A DNA stretch of 64,000 nt from Laetmonice hystrix (Eukaryota): positions 26,040,001 through 26,104,000 of the forward strand of contig OZ249441.1 of NCBI GenBank assembly GCA_965235115.1, in the 5' to 3' direction. The notes under the pieces were generated by a model. It searched no databases, had not been told where the DNA came from, and was given only the letters and a program-made list of their open reading frames with translations. Positions 63,497 through 64,000 of the stretch are shown here, piece after piece (position 1 is the stretch's first letter; each line of letters opens with the position of its first letter). The position numbers were made by a program, and so were the translations under genes.

Positions 63497-63654
63497 CTGG
63501 CGGCGACGTACACCCAGCCGGCGGGTGGCCCGGTCCCTGCCGGCCGGCCGGACCCCGGGAGCCCGGGCCGGGCGGGAGGGGGTGTATCAGAGCAGGCTCT
63601 CGGCCCCCAGCGGGGATGATGGATCGATCCAGACACGTGTCATTCAGTCCCGGC
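63497..63654 (-). CDS. candidate GC-rich internal exon (158 nt)
   Basis: Acceptor GTTGCCTGCAG|, donor CAG|GTGACA, only one frame open: PGLNDTCLDRSIIPAGGREPALIHPLPPGPGSRGPAGRQGPGHPPAGCTSPP(G). Confidence 0.3.
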
Positions 63655-64000
63655 CTGCAGGCAACCTGGCCAAGGCAACCGCAGAAATACCTTCAAGTCA
63701 GCCTTAAGATCGCTTGTTCTCCGCCACCGCGCACGGCACTGTCCGGATAGGTTTGCGATAAGTTGAAAATAAGAAACTTACCGATAGTGCTTAACATATA
63801 GTCTGGTGTTGGTGTTGGGGGCGCAGGTTTGGGGTGGGGGTTTGTGAGACAGGGGTTGCATGGCAACAATCTGTTACCAGTACGTAACTTAGTAACTCAT
63901 TTTACAACAGACATTCCTTGTGAGCCGTACGGTTTCTCTAGTCATTGTTTAAACAAACATGGCATTGCATGTGTGACCTATTGTCCAGGGTAGACAGAAT

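Noticed and set aside
1-64000. A prokaryotic or phage defence or metabolic system
   Set aside because: There are no long non-repetitive ORFs, operon structure or ribosome-binding sites. The sequence behaves as animal intronic/intergenic DNA.

Overview
This is eukaryotic, almost certainly invertebrate-animal, genomic scaffold DNA. It has moderate GC, no obvious CpG depletion, very low coding density, GT-AG splice-like signals and two sized assembly gaps. I see no operons, rRNA, tRNA, cas genes or intact transposase/RT ORFs. Every supplied ORF over 200 aa is a translation of a tandem repeat. The dominant feature is an unusually dense set of unrelated minisatellites (about 13 arrays, roughly 11-12 kb, about 18% of the window), several with clear higher-order structure: a 36+35 bp dimer, a 133-bp four-part unit, a 61-bp 19+21+21 trimer, and mixed 74/49/38-bp units around a constant core. 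Between them lie a 5'-truncated LINE 3' end, several fold-back/MITE-like elements, a local tandem duplication and a (GGGGCC)8 tract in a GC-rich island. There are also scattered candidate exons, mostly on the minus strand, that may belong to one large spliced gene whose product I cannot identify. I did not find convincing evidence of a new biological system. The best leads are the structured minisatellites, the possible minus-strand gene and the G4C2 island.
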